From contig JAOPTX010000007.1 of assembly GCA_051532055.1 (NCBI GenBank), positions 96,001 to 160,000 of the forward strand: 64,000 bases of DNA, written 5' to 3'. Source of the DNA: Fibrobacterales bacterium (GTDB lineage: Bacteria > Fibrobacterota > Fibrobacteria > Fibrobacterales > JAOPTW01). A program made the position numbers and the translations under genes. Positions 48,364-58,007 of the stretch are shown one piece after another (within the stretch, counting starts at the first letter, position 1; each line of letters starts with the position of its first letter). The notes under the pieces were generated by a model, which worked only from the letters and a program-made list of their open reading frames with translations, was not told the origin of the DNA and ran no database searches.

Positions 48364-51300
48364 ATGCTTCAACATGATAAAACCCTTCAGGGTAATGAAC
48401 TGATGTTAATACATCTGCGTAGTGATGGAAAAATTCACTGGGCTGATGAAAATTTTCTGAGATATATGTCTATTCAAGACATTGACGTTATTGGAGTACA
48501 TAAAGATGTCCTCTATCAGTCTCCCCAGATCAGTATTGCAAATATTATTATTCACACTCCCATTGATATTGATCGCCGCGTAGAAGCTGTTGATGAACAA
48601 GGTGACCTGTTTGAAGTCAAGATTACTTGGAAGAAGAGTGAAGCACACATAGTCATTGAAAATATAGACCGAAAAAAACTCATTAAGAAAGAGACGGTCT
48701 TTGGCAAATTTACCCTTATAGAAAAGATTGGACGAGGTGGCACTGCAGAGGTATGGAAAGCACGTGATGATGACTGGGGCTTAGTCGTTGCTGTTAAAAA
48801 AATGATTGCGGGAACCCATGCCAGCAAAGAGAATATCAAACGGTTTTTAAAAGAAGCCGAGCTAATGAAGCGCCTCAACCACAATAACATTTGTCACATT
48901 CATGAAGTAGGCCAACACGAAGGGGTATACTACATATCAATGGAGTATATTGATGGCATTGATCTCAATGATTTCATTCTTTCAAATACCTTCTTACAGC
49001 TTAAACAGAAATTTAAAATTGTGAAAGATGTACTCTCAGCAGTACAGCACGCTCATGATAACGACATCATTCACCGCGACCTCAAGCCTGCTAATATTAT
49101 GATGCGCAACAATGGTGAGCCGGTGGTTATGGATTTCGGCTTGGCACGAATTATCAATACCGAGCACACTATTACTCTAGATGATCAGGTTGTTGGGACT
49201 GTAGACTGGATGTCTCCTGAACAAGCTCAGGCTTCAAATGACGTCGATGAACGAAGTGATATATTTTCTGTTGGCGCCATCATGTATTATCTGATAACAG
49301 GGCAAAAATGGTTTAACAGTAGTGGCAACATTTTTCGCGATACAAAACTGATCCAGAAAAAAGAATTGGTTCCACCACGGTTACTCCAACCAACCCTCGC
49401 CAAAAGTATTGAAACAATTATTTTAAAAGCAATGGACAAAAGTCCTCGCAGGCGCTATCAATCTGCCATAAACTTTTTGGGAGATATAGTCCGTTTTGAA
49501 AAGAATCAGCGGATTACTGCCCGGAAACCAACAGTCCTTCATCGTTTACATAAAAAATACAAGCACAACCCCGTCTACTTTTGGGCTCTATTTTGTATCG
49601 CTTCCATCCTTATACTTTCATCGGTATTATTGTATGGTCAAAGACTCAAAGAACTCGCTACATGGGACCTCATCTTTTACGAAGATTTTAGTAGCTATGA
49701 CTCCCCAGCTGATGTCAATCAACACTGGATTGGCTATAGTGCTGATAGTTATACCTGGTCTAAAGGAATGATCAAAAGCTTTACCTTCACTGACTCATCA
49801 TTCTGGCACCTCGACTCAGGTGTTTTTACCAGCGACTTATCAAAGAGTAATATTTTCTGTGCAAACCTCACCTATAAAGATCGACTCCCTGGTAATATCC
49901 GCGTAGAGTGGAAGATGAAAGGTTTTGAACACAACCTCAATTATGATGCGTATATCGCTGGTGAAACACGATTTGATGGATACACCTTCCATCTCGGCGG
50001 CTGGGACAATGAGCAGTATTTTGTACTCACCAAAGGCAAAGACGCTCTCATTCTCGATTACTCAATACAAGACACCCCTCTCGAAACCAATCGAGAATAT
50101 GAGTTTGTCATGGAGAAAGAAGATAAACACATACGGCTCTATATGGATGGATCACTTATTTTTGATTATTTTGATTACAATATCTTATCGGGTGAACGTA
50201 ATCAAAGTTTTGGATTTGACAACTGCCTTAAACATACACAACAGGTGTATGATATAAAAGTGTATACCCAAGCTATTGCACAAAAAATATCTCCCATCTC
50301 TATTGGTGACGCTTTTTTTGCTAAAGAGCAGTACCAAAATGCCTATGACCAATACCATCAATTGATGAATGCTTATTCTGGTTCAAACATAGCAAAAGAG
50401 GCCCATTTCAAAAAAGCGCTCTGTCTTGCAAAACTTAAAAGAGACTCTATCGCTTATACCCTCTTTGAGACATTTGAACAAAGGCATCCTAGTCACGAGC
50501 AAGTCCCCTACTCAATTTATGAAAGAGCTCTCATCTTTCAACGAAAAGGTGAACCACAACAAGAAAAACTCCTGTACCAAGAGCTTTCAGTTCGGTTTCC
50601 AGGACACCCCTTATTAAAACCAATATTTTTTAATAAAGGTACCGCTCTCCTAAATGAGTTACATCTACTCAACACAACTAATCACGACTCGATTGTTTCA
50701 ACAATTCTTTCAAAACTAGATCAAGTTAAAATATGGGCACAGCTCTTTGATCTCGACTTTGAAAACAACCCCTTTTCTCAGCCCGTCTTTACACAACTCC
50801 TTAATCTAAAAGAGTATGACATCATCCTTAAACACTTTAACAATCCTCGCTATATACACATATACGACAAATATGCTCAACTCCTTTATAGAATGCAGAC
50901 TTACGACTCTATTAAGAGTGTCGATAATTATACCAAAAAACTTATTGCCTTATCCCACCTCAGACAACGCAACTATAAAGCTCTTAAAAAAAGTATCAGT
51001 ACCTACGCTGGGCACGATGATGTTCTCGCCACACTCTTTGGTATGAATGCCCCTCCTCAACTCTTTACTCACTTCATCGATGAACCACAATTTCAGCCAC
51101 AATATTTCTCCTATTACTACACCAGTGGCCAATCAGCTCACTTAAAAAATTTAGACTCGTTAAGTGACATTCAAACAGCCTATGCACGTACGGCTCTCAC
51201 CGAATTCGATGAAGCCCTTGCACTTCCAGAACACCCAAATGGACTTAAAAAATGGTATCACGCCATGAATACTCGGGTCCCTTTTCCCATCACGGCAACC

Positions 51301-51921
51301 ACTCCACTATTACACTATTCACTCTCTACCGCACAAGACCTTAAATGGGCTACCAATCCACAATTCAGAAACACTCTACCAAGTCTTGATCGACATAATA
51401 AGGCTGATAGTGCTCTCAACTTTGATGATTCTCATTTTATAGACACCCCACAGTATGCTTCACTCCCAAATAGCATAACCATTAGCGCATGGATCAACCC
51501 TTCAACCGTTCCGACCAATAGAACCAGCACAATATTATCTCTCCTTCTCGACAATACAGAAAGTATCACTCTCAACCTTAAAAATATTAAGAGCCACTTT
51601 CATTTTGAGGTTGTAGAGACAAAGGAAGTAGAAACGACCAACTTTAATTCATTTTGCGAATCAACCCTCAGTGCTTGGACTCATCTTACCCTTGTTATTT
51701 CAGAAGAGGATCACCACTATACGTTGTATATAAATGGCATGTTTGATTCATATATTCCAAGAGTACAATCACTCAATAGCTCATCGCTCAGCCGAGTCTA
51801 TATTGGAACCGATGCCCACTCAAAAATCCAGTTTTTCAATGGGTCAATCGATGATGTTTCAATATTTGGGAGTGCGTTAAACCCAAAAGAAGTTCAAGCC
51901 CTCTTTCACTCAGAACAATAA
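48364..51921 (+). CDS. Membrane Hanks-type Ser/Thr kinase: PAS-like N-terminus, kinase, TM, ConA-like lectin, TPR, LamG
   Basis: IGRGGTAEV, VAVK, HRDLKPAN, DFG and MSPEQ motifs; one TM (YFWALFCIASILILSSVLLY); TPR pattern; C-terminal TISAWINP...WTHL...LYING...FNGSIDDV.IF. Confidence 0.88.
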   Translation: MLQHDKTLQGNELMLIHLRSDGKIHWADENFLRYMSIQDIDVIGVHKDVLYQSPQISIANIIIHTPIDIDRRVEAVDEQGDLFEVKITWKKSEAHIVIENIDRKKLIKKETVFGKFTLIEKIGRGGTAEVWKARDDDWGLVVAVKKMIAGTHASKENIKRFLKEAELMKRLNHNNICHIHEVGQHEGVYYISMEYIDGIDLNDFILSNTFLQLKQKFKIVKDVLSAVQHAHDNDIIHRDLKPANIMMRNNGEPVVMDFGLARIINTEHTITLDDQVVGTVDWMSPEQAQASNDVDERSDIFSVGAIMYYLITGQKWFNSSGNIFRDTKLIQKKELVPPRLLQPTLAKSIETIILKAMDKSPRRRYQSAINFLGDIVRFEKNQRITARKPTVLHRLHKKYKHNPVYFWALFCIASILILSSVLLYGQRLKELATWDLIFYEDFSSYDSPADVNQHWIGYSADSYTWSKGMIKSFTFTDSSFWHLDSGVFTSDLSKSNIFCANLTYKDRLPGNIRVEWKMKGFEHNLNYDAYIAGETRFDGYTFHLGGWDNEQYFVLTKGKDALILDYSIQDTPLETNREYEFVMEKEDKHIRLYMDGSLIFDYFDYNILSGERNQSFGFDNCLKHTQQVYDIKVYTQAIAQKISPISIGDAFFAKEQYQNAYDQYHQLMNAYSGSNIAKEAHFKKALCLAKLKRDSIAYTLFETFEQRHPSHEQVPYSIYERALIFQRKGEPQQEKLLYQELSVRFPGHPLLKPIFFNKGTALLNELHLLNTTNHDSIVSTILSKLDQVKIWAQLFDLDFENNPFSQPVFTQLLNLKEYDIILKHFNNPRYIHIYDKYAQLLYRMQTYDSIKSVDNYTKKLIALSHLRQRNYKALKKSISTYAGHDDVLATLFGMNAPPQLFTHFIDEPQFQPQYFSYYYTSGQSAHLKNLDSLSDIQTAYARTALTEFDEALALPEHPNGLKKWYHAMNTRVPFPITATTPLLHYSLSTAQDLKWATNPQFRNTLPSLDRHNKADSALNFDDSHFIDTPQYASLPNSITISAWINPSTVPTNRTSTILSLLLDNTESITLNLKNIKSHFHFEVVETKEVETTNFNSFCESTLSAWTHLTLVISEEDHHYTLYINGMFDSYIPRVQSLNSSSLSRVYIGTDAHSKIQFFNGSIDDVSIFGSALNPKEVQALFHSEQ

Positions 51922-52009
51922 CCAAGATATAAAAAAGGCCAGTATAAAATATACCGACCTACATTGAATAGCTACATTAGAATATGAGGCTCAAATGACG
52001 AGCCATCTA

Positions 52010-54688
52010 TTATGATTTCTTTTTGACTGCTTTCTTAGTTGCTTTTTTAGCGACCTTCTTTTTGGCTACTTTTTTCTTCGCTACTTTCTTCTTTGCAGCT
52101 TTTTTAGTTGCCTTCTTCTTCGCTACTTTTTTCTTCGCCACTTTCTTTTTAACGACCTTCTTCTTAGCCGTAGCCTCTGCTTCAACCTCTTGTGCTACAC
52201 CTTTTGCATCAGCATCACCTTCAGCAGCAGCAGCCTTCTTCCCTTTACGTGGAGGGAACGAGAATTTTATTTTCCCTTTAGCATCGAACTCGAGAAAAGC
52301 ATCAAAGAGACGTTTAGTCTTAGTAGAACGCATCCCTTCAATAACATCAGTCTTTTCACCCGCAAGCATTTTTTGCATATTTTCAAGAGTAATTTCTTTA
52401 CCCAAAATAATGCGATTTATACGAAGACCCGTTTTCTCTTTAGCGATCTGAGACTTTGAAATATAAATGGTATCGGTCTGATAGACTTCTGAATCATCAG
52501 TATGAGATTTGCCCACATAAGTCGCTGCATTAAGATCAATTTGGTCATCATCATCTTCATTATTACCAAAATCAAAAGCAATCTTGTACTCTTCAGAGAG
52601 TTTTATACTTGCTGTAAATGGATTACCTCTTTTTGAACGGAACCCTTCCATTGGACCAATCTGTTTATCATTCATCAGAGTCTCAATCTCTTCAGGAGCC
52701 ATTTGTCGCCCGCCCATCATACGACGCAATTTAATTTCGCCATCTTCTGAGACATACCGAGAGATTGTTTGATACCATTTTTGGCCACCATGATTAATAG
52801 GGACTTCAAACTTAGTCGAGTCCTCATCAAACCCTTTGACTTTCGAGACAATTCCTTCAGCTGACTTCACAATCTCTTTCATGAAATCTTTACGAGTCAA
52901 TTTCCCTTGCTCAATCAATGCAAGTTTATGTTCCCATTCACCGGTTAACTCTGGTGAACGAAGAGCTTCGATCTCCATTGCGCCAATAAGACGTAACAAT
53001 TCAATTGCTTTTACTGTAGGGATAAGTTCACGGTCCTCACGAACCATATACTTATCACTCACCAATTTTTCAATGATAGCAGCACGAGTCGCCGGTGTTC
53101 CCAGACCCCGTTCTTTCATAGCATCGGCAAGTTCATCATCCTCAACAAGTTTACCCGCCCCTTCCATTGCAGAGAGAAGAGTTGACTCTGTAAATCGCGC
53201 AGGTGGTTTCGTTTGATCGTACTCTTTGAGCACCTCTTTAGAGGCAACACTTCCAGGATCAGAAAGAGCCTGTAAAAATTTCTCTCCAGAGCTCTCATTA
53301 TTATAAATCGCACGCCAACCTGGTACTTCAAGTACTTTACCTTCTGTCTTGAAGTTTTCACCTTCGACCACAGATATACGTGTAGTATTTAAAAAGCGAG
53401 CAGGAGGGAAAAAGACACCAAGAAACCGTTGTACCACCATTGTATAAATCTTCTCTTCTTGATCAGAGAGTTTTTTAGGTGATGCTGTTGTTGGAATAAT
53501 AGCATGGTGATCCGATATCTTTGCATTATTAAAAATGCGTTTATCGGGTTTAATAAATCCTTTGCTCAGAGCCTCTTTTGCATACTTTCCAAACTGGCTT
53601 GAGTCACCAAGGTGCTCAAATGTTTGCTCGACCTGAGGAATATAGTCTTCAGGGAGGCACTTAGAATCGGTTCTTGGATAGGTGAGCATTTTATGTTTTT
53701 CGTAGAGAGACTGTACTATTGAAAGGGTTCCTCTCGCAGAGAAACCAAAGCGACTATTTGCTTCACGTTGTAAACTCGTCAAATCATAGAGTGGCGGGCA
53801 CTTAGAAGTTGATGGTTTTGCAGTCTCTGTAACGTCTGCAGGCTTACCACTACATTTATTTTTAATCTCTTCAGCGCTTGCTTCGTCCCAAACTCTATCA
53901 GCACGACCAATAGGATTTGTTTCATCTTTTTTAAAGGTAGGGTCATACCATTTACCTTGATAGAGTCCCTCTTTAGAATCAAAATCAGCAGTAAGAGTCC
54001 AATAATCCGTTGGAACAAACTTATTCCTTGCGCGTTCTCTATCAACAATCATACTCAAGGTTGGTGTCTGAACTCTACCACATGGGGTCAAGTGAAACCC
54101 ACCAAACTTATTATTATACCCTGTTAGCCCTCGTGAACCATTAATACCAATAATCCAATCCGCTTCAGATCGACATTTTGCTGCATCAGCCAGATTAATC
54201 ATCTCTTCATCAGTTCTGAGATTGGCAAATCCACGTTGAATTGCCTCTTTTGTCATAGATTGAAGCCAGAGCCTACTCATTTTTTTGTTGAGTTTACGCT
54301 TCTCTTCTACCTTATCCATTATGTAGCGAAAGATCAATTCACCTTCGCGGCCCGCATCACAAGCATTAATAATATGGGTTACTTCTTTATTCCGGATGAG
54401 TTTCGAAAGAGCATTATATTGAACTTTACTTCGGTCAATAGTCTTAAGCTTATACTCTTTAGGAATAATAGGAAGCCATTTTAGAGCCCAGCTCTTATAC
54501 TGCTCGTCCATTTCACGTGGATCACACAATGTAACAAGGTGACCAACAGCATATGAGACAATATAAGAGTCACTCACATAGTGTGTTTTCTCTTTAGTAA
54601 ATGTCCCTGGTAATACTTTGGTTAAGTCTGCTGCGACACTTGGTTTTTCCGCGATAACAAGAGTCAATTCTTGATTATTTTCGGCCAT
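52010..54688 (-). CDS. topB: DNA topoisomerase III with C-terminal repeats and a lysine-rich histone-H1-like tail
   Basis: IAEKPSVA, NACDAGREGELIF, GRVQTPTL, TYPRTDS and GLGTPATRA motifs; GF.SKRG..F repeats; (KKKVA)n tail. Confidence 0.9.
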   Translation of the reverse strand: MAENNQELTLVIAEKPSVAADLTKVLPGTFTKEKTHYVSDSYIVSYAVGHLVTLCDPREMDEQYKSWALKWLPIIPKEYKLKTIDRSKVQYNALSKLIRNKEVTHIINACDAGREGELIFRYIMDKVEEKRKLNKKMSRLWLQSMTKEAIQRGFANLRTDEEMINLADAAKCRSEADWIIGINGSRGLTGYNNKFGGFHLTPCGRVQTPTLSMIVDRERARNKFVPTDYWTLTADFDSKEGLYQGKWYDPTFKKDETNPIGRADRVWDEASAEEIKNKCSGKPADVTETAKPSTSKCPPLYDLTSLQREANSRFGFSARGTLSIVQSLYEKHKMLTYPRTDSKCLPEDYIPQVEQTFEHLGDSSQFGKYAKEALSKGFIKPDKRIFNNAKISDHHAIIPTTASPKKLSDQEEKIYTMVVQRFLGVFFPPARFLNTTRISVVEGENFKTEGKVLEVPGWRAIYNNESSGEKFLQALSDPGSVASKEVLKEYDQTKPPARFTESTLLSAMEGAGKLVEDDELADAMKERGLGTPATRAAIIEKLVSDKYMVREDRELIPTVKAIELLRLIGAMEIEALRSPELTGEWEHKLALIEQGKLTRKDFMKEIVKSAEGIVSKVKGFDEDSTKFEVPINHGGQKWYQTISRYVSEDGEIKLRRMMGGRQMAPEEIETLMNDKQIGPMEGFRSKRGNPFTASIKLSEEYKIAFDFGNNEDDDDQIDLNAATYVGKSHTDDSEVYQTDTIYISKSQIAKEKTGLRINRIILGKEITLENMQKMLAGEKTDVIEGMRSTKTKRLFDAFLEFDAKGKIKFSFPPRKGKKAAAAEGDADAKGVAQEVEAEATAKKKVVKKKVAKKKVAKKKATKKAAKKKVAKKKVAKKKVAKKATKKAVKKKS
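52013..52170 (-). repeat. Degenerate 15-bp repeats encoding KKKVA/KKAT units
   Basis: Translation KKKVVKKKVAKKKVAKKKATKKAAKKKVAKKKVAKKKVAKKATKKAVKKKS. Confidence 0.8.
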
Positions 54689-54870
54689 AATTTAAAAAAC
54701 TCGTTTTAGGGTATTGTGACTCATTAAACAATAATCAGTCAGTGTATTTACCCGTACATAACAATTTCACCCCTAAAACGTCTTGCTTTAGGGCACCAAT
54801 AAGATACTTCATATTTACTAAATTCAAAGAAAAATAAAGGGATTAATTTAAGCTCCCCCTTAAAAATAGT

Positions 54871-55257
54871 CTACTCTTCCTCAAAAATCTCTGATAATGT
54901 AAGCTTAAAGTCCTCTACAAAATCTTCATTTGCAAATTTAAGGGGTTTTTCAATATACCCCTTAGCACCAAGCTTCATGCATTCAAGCATAGTATTCCCC
55001 TTTAATGCTGAAATTATGAGAACATTCATATCGGGAAACTCAATAGAGAGCTCATTTAAGGTCGTTTTACCATCCTTATTGGGCATCGTAATATCTAAAG
55101 TAAGTAGATCTGGTTGATATTTTCGATAATATTTAACCGCATCATTGCCGTCATTACCAGTAGCAAGGACTTTATAACCCATTTTTTCGGTAAAAAACCA
55201 CACCAACTGCTCAAGCTGGAAATCTGAATCATCAATAAGTACTACTGATTTTGACAT
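54871..55257 (-). CDS. Single-domain CheY-like response regulator
   Basis: IDD, LDITMP..DG, ISA and KP motifs; no output domain. Confidence 0.9.
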   Translation of the reverse strand: MSKSVVLIDDSDFQLEQLVWFFTEKMGYKVLATGNDGNDAVKYYRKYQPDLLTLDITMPNKDGKTTLNELSIEFPDMNVLIISALKGNTMLECMKLGAKGYIEKPLKFANEDFVEDFKLTLSEIFEEE

Positions 55258-55263
55258 ACTATC

Positions 55264-57846
55264 CTATACTGATAAGCGGGGAGCTCGTATTGTAAATACT
55301 GCACCCTCACCTTTGGCCGAAGAAAGATCAATGGTCCCCCCAAGGCGTTTTACATTCCGTGCGACAACTGACATCCCCACTCCCCTTCCAGAAGTTATGC
55401 TTACCTCTTCTTTTTGGGAAAGGTCCTGGAGGAATATTAAATTTACTTTTTCTTTATCTGAAAGCCTATCTAAATCTTCGGGAACGATCAATTTTTGTTC
55501 AAGAGCTTTTTGAGCTATCTGCTCCGGATCAATGCCGATTCCATTATCCTTAACAATAAACTGTTCTTCATCTATTTGTAAATTATAAACCAACTTTACA
55601 ACAAATGACCCCTCTGTTTTACCTTCACAGCCATGATCAAATGCATTTTTTATTAATTGCACCAGTGCATCATCATACCGACTAAAAGTATCGGGGTGCA
55701 ATTCAATATCAGAAGAAACTACTTCAAGCTTCGCAGGTACTTGGAGTCTGTTATAAAATTTTTCCGCAAGATCATGATATTTTTTGGTTAAAAAGTGAGG
55801 TGATTTATATTGCATAGTAGTACAAAGCTTAAGAAGGTCTTGATAGAGATCTTCATTAAATCCATTTCTCAGGGTCCCTATAGCACCCATAATTCGAGAG
55901 ACTTTCGATTTCGACACATCTATATACTCTTCTTCAGGTTTAAAGAGAAGTCTAAAGAGTTGTTCCAATTTATCCATACTTTCAACAAGCTCTTCTACCC
56001 CTTCGCGAAAATCTGAAACCATATCTTCACGGCTCAGTGAGCCTATCTTAAAAGTGTGAAGAATCTCTTCGGAGGTATGCGCATACAAACTCACATCTAC
56101 AAATCCCAAGCTGCCGGCATTACCCTTAATAGTATGCAGTTCATCCATCCAAACACTAGCCTTATAATCATCTTTAAATTGCGAAAGTTCAGATAATATA
56201 AAACGCACCCGTTTGTGAGAGTCTGTCAGAAAATCATTAATAATACTTCTTGAATTTTTAACGAGGGCGATAATTGTCTGAACTTCCCGCTCATTCTTCT
56301 CGCGCTCTATCTCAATTCTATTTTCAACTTCAATATCTTCACTCACATCGCGAGCAAGTACCATTATTTTATTGAGCACCCCTGTTTTTTGATCAAAAAG
56401 GGGCTGAAAGTTGAGGTCAACATATTTCACCGACTCATCGTCATGCTCTATTTCGACTTCTGTTAGGGAGAGTAGCTTTTGCAGTTTTGACCACCGCATT
56501 TTCCCATGCTTCTCTTTAACCAGTTCAAGCCACGACATGAAGTCTTTCAATTCTTGGTCGGTCAATCTAAATATCTCAGTAAGTGAGGTATTTTGAAACT
56601 GTTCTATCTCAAGAATCTCTGTTGTTTGTTTAGAACACTCTGGGTTTATTGAACCGTCAAGATTAATCGTAAAGAGCCCCTGATAGATATTATCCATGAT
56701 CTCTTTGAGTTGCTGAATCTTTTCTTCAACTAAAAATTCGAGATCATCAGTGTAGTTCTTAAGCTTAGAACGCATAAACTCTACATTTTGAGCAAGATAC
56801 CCGAGTTCATCATTCCCTGTCTTAATGCGCACTTCACTCTTTAAATTTCCATCTGCAATTTGCCGAGTGGCATCAGTAATTTGCTTAATGGGTGTTACCA
56901 GCTTTTTAGTAACAACAAGAGTTATCAATGTAGCGATGATCACAATTGCAATGACAATCAGAATCAATACATTAAGAGCATTATCTACTTCAGCAGTTAT
57001 CTCCTTAAGTGGGACCTGTATAATAATTCCAATGTTTTGCTGGGGCATAATACGACACACTGCAAAATAATCCACTCCATCTTCATTATACCTGAGATAC
57101 TCAGATCCACTTCCGTCAATAATCGCTTTAACGGGTGCACTTGCAATAAATATCTGACGAGCTAAGGAGTCTTTTCTTAAGTGTTGAATTTTTCTTTTAT
57201 CTGGATGAGATACCAAAACCCCTTCGCGAGTCACTATATAAGCAAAGCCACTTTGGCCAATTTTTCTAGAGTCCGCAACACTCCAAAGGCGACGTAGCGA
57301 GATATCTGCTACAACAAACCCAGGTGCATTATAACCTTGAAAGTATTGAACGATCGAGGTATGCGGGAGATCATACTTCCACATTATGTTATTAGCATAA
57401 TACACTGATGTCCACCTATCCGTATAGGAATTAAGTGTTAGTTCATTTTTTCGATTTTTTAGAGTGGTGCTCAATCTGTTTGTTACGAGCTCTTGCCCTG
57501 AAGAGTCAAGTACTGCCAATTTTTCAGTAATTGAGAAAAAGAGGTTCATCTCATCTCGTTTAATCTCTGCAATCATTTTTGATTGATCCAAAGTACGGAT
57601 GGTACTGATAGAAGAAACAATCGCAACACTTTGTTCAATAGGTTCAAACTGAGATTCGATCTGTGAAACTAATTGATCAGCGCTATTAATAGTGCTCTCT
57701 TCCACCCGTTGAATCAATGAACGCTCAAAGTCTTGTAGAATTACAAAGCTTACCAACAGCACTGAAATAATCGAAACTCCAAGCGTAAGTGCTAGAAGCT
57801 TTCCATGTATACCATTAAAACGTAAGAAAGTTTTTTGTATCCCCAT
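55264..57846 (-). CDS. Membrane histidine kinase: dCache-HAMP-PAS-Hpt-CheA-type HATPase
   Basis: Two TMs; Cache (GFAYIV..G.LVSHPD); HAMP (DELG.LA); Hpt LHTIKGNA; LIKNAFDHG, DNGIGI and SGRGVGM boxes; no CheW domain. Confidence 0.85.
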   Translation of the reverse strand: MGIQKTFLRFNGIHGKLLALTLGVSIISVLLVSFVILQDFERSLIQRVEESTINSADQLVSQIESQFEPIEQSVAIVSSISTIRTLDQSKMIAEIKRDEMNLFFSITEKLAVLDSSGQELVTNRLSTTLKNRKNELTLNSYTDRWTSVYYANNIMWKYDLPHTSIVQYFQGYNAPGFVVADISLRRLWSVADSRKIGQSGFAYIVTREGVLVSHPDKRKIQHLRKDSLARQIFIASAPVKAIIDGSGSEYLRYNEDGVDYFAVCRIMPQQNIGIIIQVPLKEITAEVDNALNVLILIVIAIVIIATLITLVVTKKLVTPIKQITDATRQIADGNLKSEVRIKTGNDELGYLAQNVEFMRSKLKNYTDDLEFLVEEKIQQLKEIMDNIYQGLFTINLDGSINPECSKQTTEILEIEQFQNTSLTEIFRLTDQELKDFMSWLELVKEKHGKMRWSKLQKLLSLTEVEIEHDDESVKYVDLNFQPLFDQKTGVLNKIMVLARDVSEDIEVENRIEIEREKNEREVQTIIALVKNSRSIINDFLTDSHKRVRFILSELSQFKDDYKASVWMDELHTIKGNAGSLGFVDVSLYAHTSEEILHTFKIGSLSREDMVSDFREGVEELVESMDKLEQLFRLLFKPEEEYIDVSKSKVSRIMGAIGTLRNGFNEDLYQDLLKLCTTMQYKSPHFLTKKYHDLAEKFYNRLQVPAKLEVVSSDIELHPDTFSRYDDALVQLIKNAFDHGCEGKTEGSFVVKLVYNLQIDEEQFIVKDNGIGIDPEQIAQKALEQKLIVPEDLDRLSDKEKVNLIFLQDLSQKEEVSITSGRGVGMSVVARNVKRLGGTIDLSSAKGEGAVFTIRAPRLSV

Positions 57847-58007
57847 CCAGACCTAGTACGAAGTAAAATGCGGCACAATAGTGTGCATACAACTCATCTA
57901 CCCTATATAGCAGATTGAGCTAACACAAAATAATCAAAATATTTATGCCACTTTGGTTATATTTAAATAATATATTAAAATACAGATACTCTGTATCAAT
58001 TTCGGCA

